Shown piece by piece: positions 33,976 to 48,348 of a DNA stretch of 64,000 nucleotides; position 1 is the first letter of the stretch, and every line of letters begins with the position of its first letter. The notes under the pieces were generated by a model. That model was not told where the DNA came from. It saw nothing but the letters and a program-made list of their open reading frames with translations, and made no database searches. A program made the translations under genes and the position numbers. Where the stretch lies: NCBI GenBank assembly GCA_964016885.1, contig OZ024743.1, forward strand, positions 149,978,001-150,042,000. The letters are read 5' to 3'. This DNA comes from Eledone cirrhosa. Lineage: Eukaryota.

Positions 33976-35393
33976 ACATTTTGATAAGGCTACAACAAAC
34001 AGTTGTGGATTTACCCTTTCGGGGATACACATCAAGCTCTTTTGTGATTTTAATACTTTCTATAATTTTAACTCATTACATACAACTTCAACCTCTTAAG
34101 GGCTAGAGTATTTCCTGAAATTTGACACCTTCATTGAACTACATCCCTTCTTCTAGCATGAACATTTCCTTTAACTACAACGGTTTCTACATTTAACCAG
34201 CTAGAGGGAAAGAATGTTCAGTTGTTCCAATCATAATATCATTCTTCTGAACTAGATATTCCGACCAGATTTACATCAACAGTAACCATATGAGAGTATA
34301 ACAACATCTTACTGTTTGAAGTGTTTTTCCTGCTTCTGTTTACCATATGTCTGTTATATTTGCCCCTCACTACTGAAATGTGCTAAAGTAGCCTCACTGC
34401 ACACACACACATGCATGTGTTCTCTCATACACACACTCACACCCACACCCACACACAAAAGGTGGTGCTCCATCATGGCCTCAGCCATTGAAATTACCAC
34501 TCCTAATTGCCATTGCCTTGGTGCCGGTTCAGAGTTCCAGGCCACTCAGCACTGATGAGTCAGCCAGAGAATACCTTCTCAGGTGCCTTGCCACACTTGA
34601 GTGCTTTAATCCTCTAGTGACTTTAACATCTGAGAGGATAGTTTTTGCCCTTTGATCCATCTTATGTTCATCAAAAAATGTTATTGTGACCAGATTTTGG
34701 GGATCAGTCCAACCAATGCAAGTATGGAAAAAAATAAACAGAAAATGATGAAGATGTGTCATATATTGTGTATACTAATAACCATCACTTGCCATTCTGC
34801 AGGTATTTGTTAGCTCATGAAAACATTTACTGCTGATTATCATGTTTACACATTTTAATAAACATATATTAACCCTGTTTATATAGAGAGATCACTTTCG
34901 TCTTGTTGACACTTTGCTACACACGCACACAAATAAACACACATATATATATACATACATATGTACATACATGCATACAAACAAATAAGCAGTTCCCAAG
35001 TTACTTACAAACACCTGACTCATGGACATCCAAATTTATAAATTAATCTCTGTAAAGTTTACCTTAAAAATTAAAATTCCATACAATGTGTTGATAATCA
35101 CAAATGGGCAGACTACTTTGCACATTTTCACCAGTTTGTCAGCTCAAGGAAGAACAAGGTCACACAGATCACGTAAATATTGTGTTATATGGCTAAAATC
35201 TTTCTCATGTTTACTCTAGCAACCATTCCTTCAAAGTGTAAATCCAATGCAAGTAACAGTGATTCATCAAAGAAAAGGAATACGATCATGTGTTAACCTT
35301 CAATGATTATCCTTTTTTCAGTTTAAACGATTTAAGAAATATTTCTTTAATGTTTTTTATGCCTACATGTATGCATATGGACTCACTCACCCA

Positions 35394-35429
<36 letters not shown>

Positions 35430-35526
35430 GTTCTTTGAGTCTCAGTCATTGATGTTAGTTAACTGGAAAGTTTGTTGAAATGAATATCAAGCCACTACCT
35501 GCAGCCTCAGATTATTATTATTATTA

Positions 35527-35563
<37 letters not shown>

Positions 35564-35564
<1 letters not shown>

Positions 35565-35876
35565 GTCCCTTCATGGTCTGAGTTCAAATCCCGCTGAGAT
35601 TAACTTTGCTTTCATCCTTACGGGGTCGATAACATAAAGTACCAGTAATGCACTGGGATAATTGCTGGCTTTGTGCCAAAAGTAGAAATAATAATAATTA
35701 TTATTATTATTGGCCGTATCTGTAGAGCGTCAGACACCATGCTTTTGCAGCATAGAGTTATGGCCCTTTACTTTCTGAGTTCAAATCCTGCCGAGGTTAG
35801 CTTTGCCGTTCATCCTTACGGGGTCAATAAAATAAAGCACCCGTAATTGCTGGCCTTGTGCCTCTATAAGAAACAA
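35564..35876 (+). mobile_element. Two family A SINEs in (ATT)n runs (35564-35689 truncated; 35711-35876)
   Basis: B-box CTGAGTTCAAATCC and core CATCCTTACGGGGTC on the + strand. Confidence 0.88.
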
Positions 35877-37769
35877 TTATTATTATTATTTGTGTTTTTC
35901 CTCTTCCTTCAGTTTTCTTTCTGAAGGCAAAGAAACTCACTGCATATATTGATAAGACACAAAAATAAACACACCAGATTGTACTGCATTTTACACAGTT
36001 ATAAGTATACCATTTGCTTTATAAATGTGTACATTATCTGTTTAAAATCATATAAGAGTGTTCAATTAATTACAATTTACATAATTTAAGTTATGTAAAA
36101 AAAAACATATATAACAAAATTGAAAAGAATCCAAGTAATCTTTTGTACTGGCGTATTTTAACCAATATTTCCATAACAGATCATCATGTTTAAACAGTTG
36201 AAAAATATAGAACTCTATAATAATAGTACTAACAGGTCAAGATTAACCCTCTCATTACCATATTTCTAATGAAATACTCAGTATTTGAATAAATTAATAA
36301 GGAATTTTGAGGTATTTACTAAAATTATCAATTACTTCAGTAAGACAGTATTTGTAACAACACTTAAATGATTAAAATATATAAGAAAGTTTTAACTTAA
36401 ATAGTTCATTGGTCTTTTGGGGCACGTTGGTACCAAAGTGGTTAAAATCTTCCAAGTTTCATCTGATTTTATTGTGGATAGTAGCTGCCTATAATGAAGC
36501 TTCCTCACAAGAGTGCTTGTAATGTAGCTCACATTATAAATTTTGTATATAATGTTTTTGTTAATCTGTGAATTAATGACAATGAGTATAGTGTGAGCAT
36601 CCTGGGAGTAATAGGTCTGTTTTCCCACCCCAATGGAAAATCATTTCAACAAAATCAAACTATAGTTGAATGATTTTGAATTATAAATATTTAGCGCCAG
36701 CATTCTTTGCTTTCAATTCAATCTCAATAAGAATTTAACTTCAGCTCAATGTTGTGCTCTTATATATCAAAACACTTAATAGTTGTTCTAAAATTTACCA
36801 AACAACTGCTTTTCAATGTGCAGTAAATAGAATTATAGAAAATAATGTAACTGAAGAAAATGTTCATTTATTTAATCTTTTTTATTTCATAAAACATTTC
36901 TCATGCCTGTAACCCTCTAATTGTTATCTAAAGTCCATGTTATAATCTTGGCGACACTTTCTTTTTCTCTTTCCCTGAGTGTGTGTGCATGTATACACAG
37001 AAAGAAGGGGAAAGAGGGAGACAGACAGAGAGAGATGAGAGAGCAGTCCACCAGTTGCTCATAGAATATATTTGATGGTCATGTTCTTAGGATATTTTCA
37101 ATTTGAATATAGTATGAAAGAGAGAGAGAAAGAGAGACAGCAAAATGCCTCCAAGGGTATTCTCAATGTCAGTATCTTTTATTTTAAAGTAGTATTTTAC
37201 TTTGATTTTGATTTAAATATTTTCATAGATTATTTTATCTTACTTTTTCCTCTCATAGAATTTGTTTCAGTTTTCCCAAAAGTAAAGAAAGAAATAGATT
37301 ATCATAAGAAATCTCAAATCTATTCTTATTATCAGAAAACATTGAGCAGTTTATATCAGTTAACTCGTAAACAGTTTTTATATCGTCAGTTTATTCCATA
37401 TCACTATAGAGTTAGCTAGTGTCTTCTTCTCTAATACTGGCATTGGGTAGAATATTAAGTGTTTGGTAAAAAGATATAGATGCCACATACATTTATTTTG
37501 TTTTACTTATAAATTTTGTATGATCAGATTTTTAAACTACTTCCTATTTGATATTTCTGTACTTCTTGATCCAAATAAATGTTATAAATCATACGATAAA
37601 ACTGCAACTTAACATTTTTAGTAATTAAAACGACCTGCTAATCTTAGGCCCAATCATAAGGTTAACAGGGGAAGATATGAGCAAGTTCATTAAATTTAAT
37701 GCTTCATAAAGCAAAGATTAAGAAATAAAGATTTTAGATTATTGTCATTAATAATAATAATAATAATGG

Positions 37770-38110
37770 TTTCTGATTTAGGCACAAGGCCAACAATTTT
37801 TGGGGGAAGAGAAAGTTAATTAAATCGATCCCAGTGCTGGTGCTTTATTTTATCTACCTCATCAGGAGGAAAGGTAAAACTGGATTTGAATTCAGAATGT
37901 AAAGAGCCGTAGCTCTATGCTGCAAAACGTCTGACACTTTACCAATATTGCCAATCCACCGCCAATAAAAGCAATCATTATTATCATTAATGATAATAAT
38001 AATTGTTTCTACGTTTGGCACAAGGCCAGCAATTACCCAGTTCTTTACTGGTACTTTATTTTATTGACCCCGTAAGGATGAAAGGCAAAGTTAAGGATTT
38101 GAACTCAGAA
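37770..38110 (-). mobile_element. Two family A SINEs (37770-37963; 38003-38110 partial)
   Basis: Same core and tail as the other copies; adjacent to (AAT)n. Confidence 0.85.
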
Positions 38111-39238
38111 TTAATGATAATAATAATAAATATAAATTATTAATGATAATAATAATGATTATTTCATTGGCCACAAAAGGAAAAGATGACAATACAACAT
38201 AGAGTAGGATATTAAGTAAAGGAGAGGAGTCATCAACAAATAAACAACAATAGATACTTATTTTATCAACTTCAGAAAGATGAAAGATAGGATTTGAACT
38301 CTTAATATAAATGCATATAACCAAATATAGCAAGTATTTGATTTAATACTCTACCATGCCTACCAAATATATAATTTAAAAAAAACACCCATACCTATTT
38401 TGTAGTTTTATCTGTGAAACTGAACATATATGTGGCTCTTCCCTAATTCCACGGAAGCATTGATTTTACACACATCTATTACTTATTATATAAAGACACT
38501 AAAAAACCAAAATCTAATACTGCTACAGTTTGAATTTTCTTTTTATGTTGTATGATTTTCTAATACGTAAAATATGAATTCTCTTTAGAAAAACTATCCA
38601 CTTCAGGACGATGAATGTATTCTCCACTTTCTAGAATCTCACAATTTGTTATTCTCTGTAATAACAAATAGGGATGTTTCTCTTTGAATTGATTCCCCAA
38701 ACCTTATTTTCTGCTATTCTGAAACATACTCTTATGTTTTAGAATCACATAACTACTTCATTTTTGCAATTATTCTCAATATTACTGTGGACATTAAAAT
38801 TGTATTATTTTTCACGGCTTCATATCATTAATTTTCCCTCTGAAATAATTCTCGAGGCTACAAACACCTATCAAATTTAAAATAATTTACTGGGACACTT
38901 AAAGAAAAATTTAAAGAACAATAGACACAACCAATACTTTCTGAAATAATACTTGCTAAATGACAATATCCTTTTGTTCTTTGGAATAACTTTAAATAAA
39001 TAAATAAAATTCTATTTCTTTTAAAAATATATTTCATTTTTTTTAAAAATCACACACAAACGAAATAACTATGTAAATAAATAAATCTTCTTTTGTAATT
39101 TTAGCTGACATAATATTTTGCTACTGTTTATCTAAAGGCAGTGTTAGATGTTCTGCAGTTCTTTCTGCACGAGGGTAGAAACGATATTTGAAACTACAGA
39201 AAAGCAATGCTTGAAATAAGGTTTTCTATCATTGTTAG

Positions 39239-39397
39239 AGGAGGGACAGTTGTTCTAAATATCACCAGGGAAGAAGAGACAGTGTGGGAGAATTTGAAAA
39301 ACCTTTTTTGTCACCTCTTAAACATCCAACTGTGCTTATTAATGAAAGACTTCAAAGGTCATACAGTTTGAGTGAAGTTACTTTAAAGTGGTACTGA
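39239..39397 (+). CDS. Candidate terminal coding exon (52 aa plus stop)
   Basis: Acceptor GGTTTTCTATCATTGTTAG| followed by RRDSCSKYHQGRRDSVGEFEKPFLSPLKHPTVLINERLQRSYSLSEVTLKWY*. Complex, less AT-rich sequence; no homology recognised. Confidence 0.3.
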   Translation, partial: RRDSCSKYHQGRRDSVGEFEKPFLSPLKHPTVLINERLQRSYSLSEVTLKWY

Positions 39398-41721
39398 CTG
39401 GCATACTCAGCCCTGATGGTTATAGGAGGTACAAGAGATGTGTGGTTTTTATTATCACAGATAATTGGTCAAGAACAATCAAAATAATGCAAGAACCTTC
39501 ATTCAAAGAAATAGGCACGTCAAGAAAAACCTTTAAGGCATTTATCCTTGCTGAGACTTTGTAGTAGATCTCTCCAGAAATTCTAATATTTTCTCCCCAA
39601 GAACCACATGATATGCAATATTACTGCAGCTTTTATTTAATTTTTATATTCTTTTTATATTACGGGATTTATTATTTTTTTTTATTTTGCTTCACCTTCA
39701 TATTTTAGTTATTGTTGTTTATCGTTAGAGAGAAAAAAAGTAGTTTTGATTGTCTGACACAGTTTAAAGACCCCAGTTAAATGTTGGAAATGGGAGGATA
39801 AAGATAAAAAGTGAAAAGTGTGCAAAAAGAAATGTTAAAGGTAGAGAGTGATAGATAGAGAGAGTAAGAGATAGGTTTGAGGGAGTGGGGATGTTTGTGA
39901 AGGAAAAAAAAGTAGATGGGGGAAGGGAGGTAGAGAATTACAAATTGAGATAGTTACTGGGGAGAGAGAGAGAGTGTGTGTGTGTGTGAGAGAAGTGTAG
40001 GTAAAATAGATTGTGCAGAAGAAGTTGGGAAGGCTTGAGAGATATAAAAAAAGGGAGTTATGGGAGGGGTGAATAAAAATCATAAACAAAGAGGGATAGA
40101 TAAAAGGAGTAGGTATAATGTGTTGAGCAATGTAATAAAACAGGAGGTTGGTAAGGAAGAAAGAAAATGATGAGACAGGGAGGAATTGAGATAACTCAAT
40201 GGTGTTTCACACTGATTATTTCAAATGAGCTTATTATTAACTTCACTAATTTCTCAAACGTTTGCCACCCACACTAGTATCATCATCATCATCATCATAT
40301 ATGCATTTTGTAACTAAATCTTAATCCAAGAGTAAAAATTAGTTAACAATTCTGAATAACATTTGTAACAGCGTTACAATTTCAAAACCTTTTACACTCA
40401 AATTTTCAAATTTGTTTTGAACATCCTAAAATTCCTAATCTGACATCTTAGCTTTTAGGCATTAGAAACGTAAATACTCTTTGTACAATGGTTGGTATTG
40501 TTTAATCCTAGTTCAACAAGGAATTAGCAGGCCTATGATGAAATTCTTTCCAGCCATGACTGTCCCATCTTTTTGTGTACCTATGTGTATATTATCCAAT
40601 GTTTCCTTTCTATTTTAAGATGGTTGGGTGGAATTTGTGGGAGATTTTGCAGCTGTTTCTAGCAGGTTGAGTAACCATGTAGAGGCTCTTTCATTGGCTC
40701 ATACTATGCTGGTTGACATTATTGGACATTCATTGCAGTCATAAAACCCTTTCTTCTATTTGCATATGTCTTGATGTGGAGTGACAGTTGTAGCCAGGCA
40801 GATATATTTAATCACTTTCCAGGCATGAAGAATCAGATGCTAAATCAAATGAAGGATATTCTATATTCTATATATGATGATGACAATAGCAACATTATTG
40901 ATGATGATGATAATGAGAATGGTGATAGTGACAGGAATTGAGAGGAGGGCTGGAAAACTTTTGTGAGCTGAGAAGTGTCATCCTTTCTTATGAGTTGGTG
41001 GTTAACCTGACTATGGGAATTATTATTATTATTAGCATTGGCATGTTTGGTTTTTGCATGTAACACATAACATGTATCAATTTCTCTTCAAGTTCTCTTA
41101 GAACTTGTGTGTGTGAGAGAGGAAGAGGACTAAATATACTGTTTCTTTTTTATATAGAGCAAAATATGAAGAAGACAATGCAAGGATGAGGTGTCTATTG
41201 TCTCACTTGTTTGGGATCATGGGAATTCATGGAGAAAATAACAATGAATAGTTTTCCAAACCCCCCAAATACACGATAAACAAACATTCAAATCAATGTT
41301 ACAAACATCAAGAAACACTAAATATATAGTAATGTAATAGTACAATACTAAAACGAAGTTACAGGCACATCAATCAGAATTCACACTACTGTAAATGTGG
41401 TTGGTGTTAGGAAGGGCATCCAGCCATAGAAAACATGCCAGATAGTCCTATATGAGCGAGACACGGTCACCTGACCAACCTTCCCTCAAGTGGACAACTC
41501 CCGTCTAACCCACGCTAGCGTGGAAGATGGACGTTAAATGAAGATGATGATGATGATGATGAATACACCTATAAACAAACAAAATCTTCTTCACATTTTT
41601 TAATTGTCCCACTAAGGTTCACTGCACATGAACAGCTTATATTACTATGAACCAGCTTTGAGAAACATTAAAACATTGACAATGACCAGTTAAAAAAAAG
41701 AAGCTCTATATATATATATAT

Positions 41722-42092
41722 AGGGGCAGAGTGGTTAAGTAGTTTGCTTTGCAACCTGTTGGTTCTGGGTTCAGTCTAGCTGCATGACACCTTGAGCCAG
41801 TTTCTTCTACTATAACCTTAGTTTGACCCATAACTTGTAAATGGAATTTTGTAGATGGAAACTGCAAAAGCCTGTCATATATATGTATGTGTGTTTGTGT
41901 GAGAGAAAGAGAGTCAATGAATGTGTGTCTGTGTCTCTGTTTATATCCTGTAACTTTGTGGTTTTAGAAAAAAGGATTGCCGACATAAGTACCAGACTTG
42001 AAATATAAGTACTGGGTTCAAAATGTTTGACTAAATCAACTCAGTGTTCCAACATGGCAGCAGTCTAACTGAAACAAGTACAAAAATAAAAG
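41722..42092 (+). mobile_element. tRNA-derived CORE-like SINE, family D, with an internal (TA/TG)n tract
   Basis: Head GGCAGAGTGGTTAAG...GGGTTCAGTC, CORE-like GACACCTTGAGC.AGT, and tail CAACATGGCAGCAGTCTAACTGAAACAAGTA..AAATAAAA. Confidence 0.75.
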
Positions 42093-42279
42093 TATATATA
42101 TAATATATATATGTATATGCTCTGCTACCCTCACTGTCCTTAACAGCAAGAACTTTAACCTTTGAAGAGTATTTCATTTGTTTTGAATTCCTAATGTGCT
42201 GAGGACTTTTAGCATTCATTGAGCTTTTCTCACCTTAACAAAAGTAATAGTGGAATACTCCATTACAATCACTTACACT

Positions 42280-42327
<48 letters not shown>

Positions 42328-44067
42328 GTACACTCATATGTGAAATTGTGAGTGTGTAATATACATTTCTATGTATATGTATGTACTAGTGTGTGATTTG
42401 CAATTATTAAAGATTTGTATTACTTTATTCTTGAATCATCTTTTTATTTTATTTTCTATATTTATTTTCATATTTTCCTTTTCTTGCCTTTTTTTCCCTC
42501 TGAGTAATATTTTCATTTATTTATTGATCATCATCATCATTATTATTATGGGTTTATATATGTAGCTTTAAGATTATATTTTCTGTTCCACCTTCTGCCT
42601 CGTGGTAAATTTTATTGTTATCTTTTATAGATGTTTCTTATCAGTTCACGCTTTTAACCTCTTGCTTCATCCCAGGTGCACTCTCTTTTTATTTGCATAT
42701 TTCCTTGTAGATGTTATAACTGTGGTTCCTTAAACTGTTCTATTTGATGGAAGTGTGTGTATTTTGCTATTTCACACTGGGGTTGTGATTGAGTGTATAG
42801 GTTGTATGCAATCTTCTGAAGATTTGTGGCTGGTGTTTATGTTTGTATACTTGTATTCTAAAAATCAATGACTAGGGATAGGCTATTTTTTTCTGTAATT
42901 CTGTTTGCTATTTAATGTTTTCTTTGAGTGTTTGTTTTTAAATATTGCCAAATTTTATTTAACATTTGCTTTAAGGCTACAATTTTCAACATTTAGTCCA
43001 ATGGTTTACTTATGCAATTTAAAAAAATATATATTTTTCAAAATTCTTTATATATATATATATATATATAGTTCATTTACAAACCATAACCACCACATCA
43101 TTATCATCAACTAACAGAAACTCTATGATCTGCAGTACATTCAAGCTCCTTTTGATATTGTTTTTATAATTTTAAAAATTGACTTTTGGTGGTAGAGAGA
43201 GTTGGGGCAGTGTGGAAAGAGGCAGATCAAAATAACAACTAATATTAAATAAAATAATAAGTTATAATACCTGCTACAGCCTATTATTACTGTAATGATA
43301 CATACATACTACTTCTTTGATTAACTGTTTACTTACCAGTGTGACAACTCTCTCTCTCTCTTCTTTTTTGATGAAAATCTATTTATATTCCTCACTTCAA
43401 GTGTTACCATTTCCACAACTTATCTACACTGTATCTTGCTCTGTTCCCTGTCAAAAGACACTCGCTTCTCCCCTGTTTTTGTGTTGTGTTGTCTTTTATG
43501 CATCTTTCCAGCAGCTTGTTTTGGGCTCGGTATTTTGCAATACCATTGGATCTTATGCATGAAACTGCATTGCCCAGAGGATGGCTGAAGAGCGAGATAA
43601 ATGCTTTTGTTCATTTGTCTTGTGTATTTGTTTTCTTTTTATTTCATGTGAAACTTTGCTATATATATATAAACTTTAGCTTACATTTAATAACAATTAA
43701 TATAAAATTAAATGATAAATTATAATACCTGCTAAAGTATATATATATATATAGCAAATCTTCACAAGGAAAAAAACATATATATAGATAGAAAGAGAGA
43801 AAGATAGATAGACAGGTATAATATAATTATCTCTCTCTATATATATATATAACACTGTTTGTGTTGATACAAAGTTTGATTTTGCTGTAGCAAAAGTTAC
43901 AATAGATTGAAGATGAAATCATCAGTTCATTTAGCAAATCTGAAAATACTGGAAAAAAAAAAACTTTAGAAACTTGGATAAAATATTGTTGAAAATATGA
44001 AAGTTAGAAAAATGTTTTCTTTAATAAAAAAAATATATAATAGTGAATTATTTCCTTTAGACATAAT

Positions 44068-44390
44068 TGTTTCTACGTTAGGCACAAGGCCAGCAAATAC
44101 CCAGTGTATTACTGGTACTTTATTTTATCGACCCCGTAAGGATGAAAGGCAAAGTTAACCTCGGCGGGATTTGAACTCAGAATGGCAAGGGCCATAATGA
44201 TTTCTAATTTAGGCACAATGCCAACAATTTGTGGGGAAGGGAGAAAAGAAGTTGTTTACATCAATTCAGTACATGACTGGTACTTTATTTGACCCGGGAA
44301 AGATGGAAGGCAAAATTGACTTCACTTGGATTTGAGTGTAACTAATTGCTGCAAATCATTTGTCCAACATTGTAACAATTCTGCCCTTCC
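44068..44390 (-). mobile_element. 5'-truncated young family A SINE (44068-44192, TSD CATAAT) in the tail of an older copy (44199-44390)
   Basis: Near-consensus core; CATAAT at 44062 and 44193. Confidence 0.85.
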
Positions 44391-44965
44391 TATAGAAAAT
44401 ATTGCTCAACTACAAATTTTGCTGCCAACCTTCATTTTTCATATCTGCAGTTTCCTAACTCACAATAACTACCTAGATTTTCTTTTGCTTTTTCTACATA
44501 CATGAGAGAATTTGAACTGAGTTTTGCAAATTAGCAAAGCACAAAATACTCATTATCATCATCAACATCTATCATCGTTTTTCTCATGCTAACATAGGTT
44601 GATTGGTCATTGTAGACCCATCAGCACTCAGTCAGATGGGTCAGGGGCCACATCTTGCCTATACCCATTCCTACAGTTTGCAGAGTACACTAGGGAGGTT
44701 ATCAGGAGCCTAACACAACTGGAGAGTCTTCTCAACCCTATGTTTGGAAATTGTTGGTTTCCTATAGCTGGATACTCTTCTTAACATGAACCACTTTACC
44801 TATAGTACAGGATGCATTTTTTCCTGGCATCAGTGCTAGAGCAACTATCATGTTCATAGCTGAAGAGTTCTCAGCCCGTTTATCATGGTTTCTAAGGTGC
44901 AATGCCATTCCTAACATCAATTACTTTTCAGAGTGAATTGGATGCATTTTATTGTTTGCACTAGC

Positions 44966-45595
44966 CAAGGCCGGATTTATAGTGAGGAGGACAAGGCGTT
45001 AGTCCCCCCCCCCCACACACACACACATTAGCTGGGGGTCTCATTGGCATGGGTGGGGCATAGTAAGTTAGATGTGTCCTGGGACTGCAAAAGAAGTGAT
45101 AGTTCTTTTGGTTTTATTTTTAAGACACACCAAACAAATACTTTTAACAAAAAGTACTTAATGTTAATTCTGTGGTCAATTCATCGAAATTTCTCTACTT
45201 TAGAGACATCAAATCATTACCAGAACAATATTTAACAAAATGTACTTACCACAATTCATCAAAATGTCTCTACTTTAGCGACATTTCAGTTTTATGCAAG
45301 AATATGGTGCATATGTGTATGTATGTATGTATAAATGTATACATGTATATATGTGGTTGTGTGTGTTTCTAAGTGTGTAAAGTGCACTTAAAATTAAGGT
45401 AGTCAGAGATTTTCATTTATACATCTAAATGTGTAACTTGACAATTCCAATTACATGTGCCAAACCTACTTTGAAATGTAAACTTAAAGGTGTGTTGTGT
45501 ATTTTAATTTTTTGTGTATGAGGGGGCGGGGGTGTCACCAAACCAGAATTGTCCCAGACTCCCCCCCCCCCCCACCGTTTCTAAATTTGGCCCTG
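44966..45595. mobile_element. hAT-like MITE (630 bp)
   Basis: TIRs CAAGGCCGGATTTA and TAAATTTGGCCCTG (11/14 match), C/G-run subterminal regions and a degenerate 8-bp TSD (GCACTAGC / GCATTACT). No coding capacity. Confidence 0.6.
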
Positions 45596-47019
45596 GCATT
45601 ACTACTATGAAGGCTGTCAGTCATTAATGCAACTAAAGAACCTTCTCTACCCTATAGGGAGAAGGATGCCTTGTCCCAAGACAGCATGTGTAAGTAAGAA
45701 TCGAAAGTATGAGGTCATGGTTGTATGACAATAGGTGGAGGGAGGGGTGAACTTGGGCCAGCATGGCTAATCGATCTCCGAGAAATAGCAAACAAATCAT
45801 CCTTAAACTACCCCCTATCACCTTTAAAAATTATACATTGAACAATGTAGCCATTGATATTCAACAGGACAAGAAGAACAAGGCTGAAATGCTTTTGACC
45901 ATGGGTCTACCCAATCAGAGCTGACTTTGTGCTTAACAACAATTCCAGTATTATTTTAAACCTTGATATAATGATTTGGGAGGATAAGAACCATCAACTC
46001 CCTATCCAAAGAGTCAGAGCCCTTCTGATTCATCAAGCTATAACTTTTATCTAACAATGTGCAAAAGGACTATTTGGCAAAGTCCAGCACATGCATTTAA
46101 GGAAAAATAGAAATCAAACAGTGAAAAAAAACATATCCCAAAGCTGACTGAGTGATAGAAAAACTATACTTAGATTAAAATTTAAAAAAAAAAACGATGG
46201 CAGTTGGCAAATTGTTGAAAAGCTGTTGCAATTTCTTATATCCATTTCTTTAGAAATGTGTAAACTGAAATATGCTTCAACACCTGTATTATTATAGTTG
46301 TTGCTATTGTTAAAGTTTAGAAGGTGTATGACATAGGGGACGATGAATGCTGCTGCATATGCATCTACTACTGCAAAAAAGCAGCAGCATTTCTGCAGTA
46401 GTAACTGATTGTTTAATAGACAACATCATGCGAAAGCACTGCCATATTTACAGTCTTGCAGTTAGTAGCTGCTGATATTGGCATTGCTTGTGTCTCTATG
46501 GTTGCTGTTGCTGCTTTTGATGGTGTTATTGTTGTTGATGGTGCTGTTGCAGTTGTTGCAAATATTGCTGATGATGATAACATTGCAAGTGTTTTTATTT
46601 CTAGTGCTTATGATATTGGTGGTGTTGTTGTTGTATTGGTTAGCTTGGATTGATGATGATGATGATGTTCAGAGTGACGGTGGCAGTGGTGGTAGTGGTT
46701 ATGGAACTGTTGTAATAATAGCAGTAGTGGTTACAGTAGTGGCATCTATCTGCTGGGATATATTGATTAAAAATTGCAAAAACGCCCACCCTTGTGATTA
46801 ATGTTTCTTTTGTATGGGTGGGATCACTTATAGATAATAGAGGTGGTATTCATTCAATGACAGGTGTTTGTGTAGGTATTTCTTACTTCGTCAGTCTATC
46901 TGTTTCTATCACTCTCCTTTTCTCACTCTCCTCGCTCACACAGAGCAGAATCCCAAGTAGCATTATAGCAGGATCAGGAACAGCAATGTCAACAACAGTA
47001 CCACTACTACCAGTAATAA

Positions 47020-47222
47020 CAGTTTCTAATTTAAACTCAGGGCCTGCAATTTGTAAGGAGGTTAAGTCACATGAACCTGAATGCTTTACTATACTTTATT
47101 TTATCAACCTGAAAAGGATGAAAGACAAAGTTGGCCTCAGCAGGTTTTGAACTCAGAATGTAAATTGACAGGACAAATGCTGCAAAGCATTTTGTCAGAC
47201 ACCTTAACTGTTCTACCACCCT
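47020..47222 (-). mobile_element. Older family A-related SINE
   Basis: TACTTTATTTTATCAACCTGAAAAGGATGAAAGACAAAGTTGGCCTC...TTTGAACTCAGAA. Confidence 0.8.
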
Positions 47223-47735
47223 CATTACTGCCAGTGATAACAATAATATCGTTACCAACACCCACACCTATAACAAACACCAGCAGTAAAAATTTCATAT
47301 CTGCAATCACTCCCACTGCTACCAATATTTTAAATATTACATAGGTTATTTTCATATATAACGATTTTATCTTTGATATTTACATTTTTTGTATTGTTCT
47401 TGTAGTTTTAATGTCAAGATCTTATTACTTATTAAACATATACTGAAAATGGTCCCATAAATTTCATATCCCTTGCTTATCAATATCTATCTACCCACAA
47501 AACAATTTCTCCTGTTTTTGTTGTTTGGTTTCATTTAGGAAAATGATTCCTTCTGTAGAAATTTAATACTGTCATGGTTTTGGTCAAGGTTAGGATCTCT
47601 CTTGAATGGTACATGTGAAAAACAATAATGTAGGTTGTGGCATTGTTTTATAGGATTATTGGAAAAAGGCTTCTTTTATATTCTAATCAGGGTTTCTTTT
47701 AGACTAGATTCCTATTCGGAAATTCTTTATATAAT

Positions 47736-47914
47736 TGTTTCTAATTTTGGCACAAGGCCAGCAATTATCCCAGTGCATTACTGGTACTTTATTTTATCGA
47801 CCCCGTAAGGATGAAAGGTAAAGTTAACTTCGACGGGATTTAAACCCAGACCGTAAAGGGACGTAACTATGCTGAAAATCATGGCGTCTGACCCTCTACC
47901 GATACTGCCAATTC
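47736..47914 (-). mobile_element. Family A SINE
   Basis: Near-consensus copy. Confidence 0.9.
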
Positions 47915-48348
47915 TGGAGGAAAAAAAGGATTAAAAATCACATTCTTAATTATTTAATAATTTAATTTGTTATACATGTCTGAGGTATAAGCTTTCCAAC
48001 TGGGAATCTAATCATGGTCACAAATTTGGTTTAATGAAGCTCTAATGATTTCTCTTTTCTTAAGCATTTGTTTTTTTTTATATTCAAAAGAGATGTATTC
48101 TCTATAGATTGGGGACATTACAGAGTTTGTTGATTAGTGACATTACAGAGTTTGTTATTAGTTGGGTTGAAGGGACTAAAAATGATGAGGATGATGACAA
48201 TAGTGATATAAAATATAATGACCTCAGCAAGAACTGTGCTATTAACAGTGAGCATGAAACTACATATAAAGCATCTAGCCCAATTATTTACTATTCCTGC
48301 CAACTCAGTTGGCTTGCACTTATCTCTACTATTGCTAATACTAATAAT

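Noticed and set aside
34549-34590. CTGATGAG as a further hammerhead
   Set aside because: No GAAA in register (GAGAAT) and no convincing stem II or stem I.
36243-36375. TTAACCCT start suggesting a piggyBac-like MITE
   Set aside because: No adequately matching right terminus could be identified.
46456-46801. Hydrophobic Val/Leu/Ala-rich ORFs resembling membrane proteins
   Set aside because: They derive from degenerate (GTT/GCT/GAT)n trinucleotide repeats.
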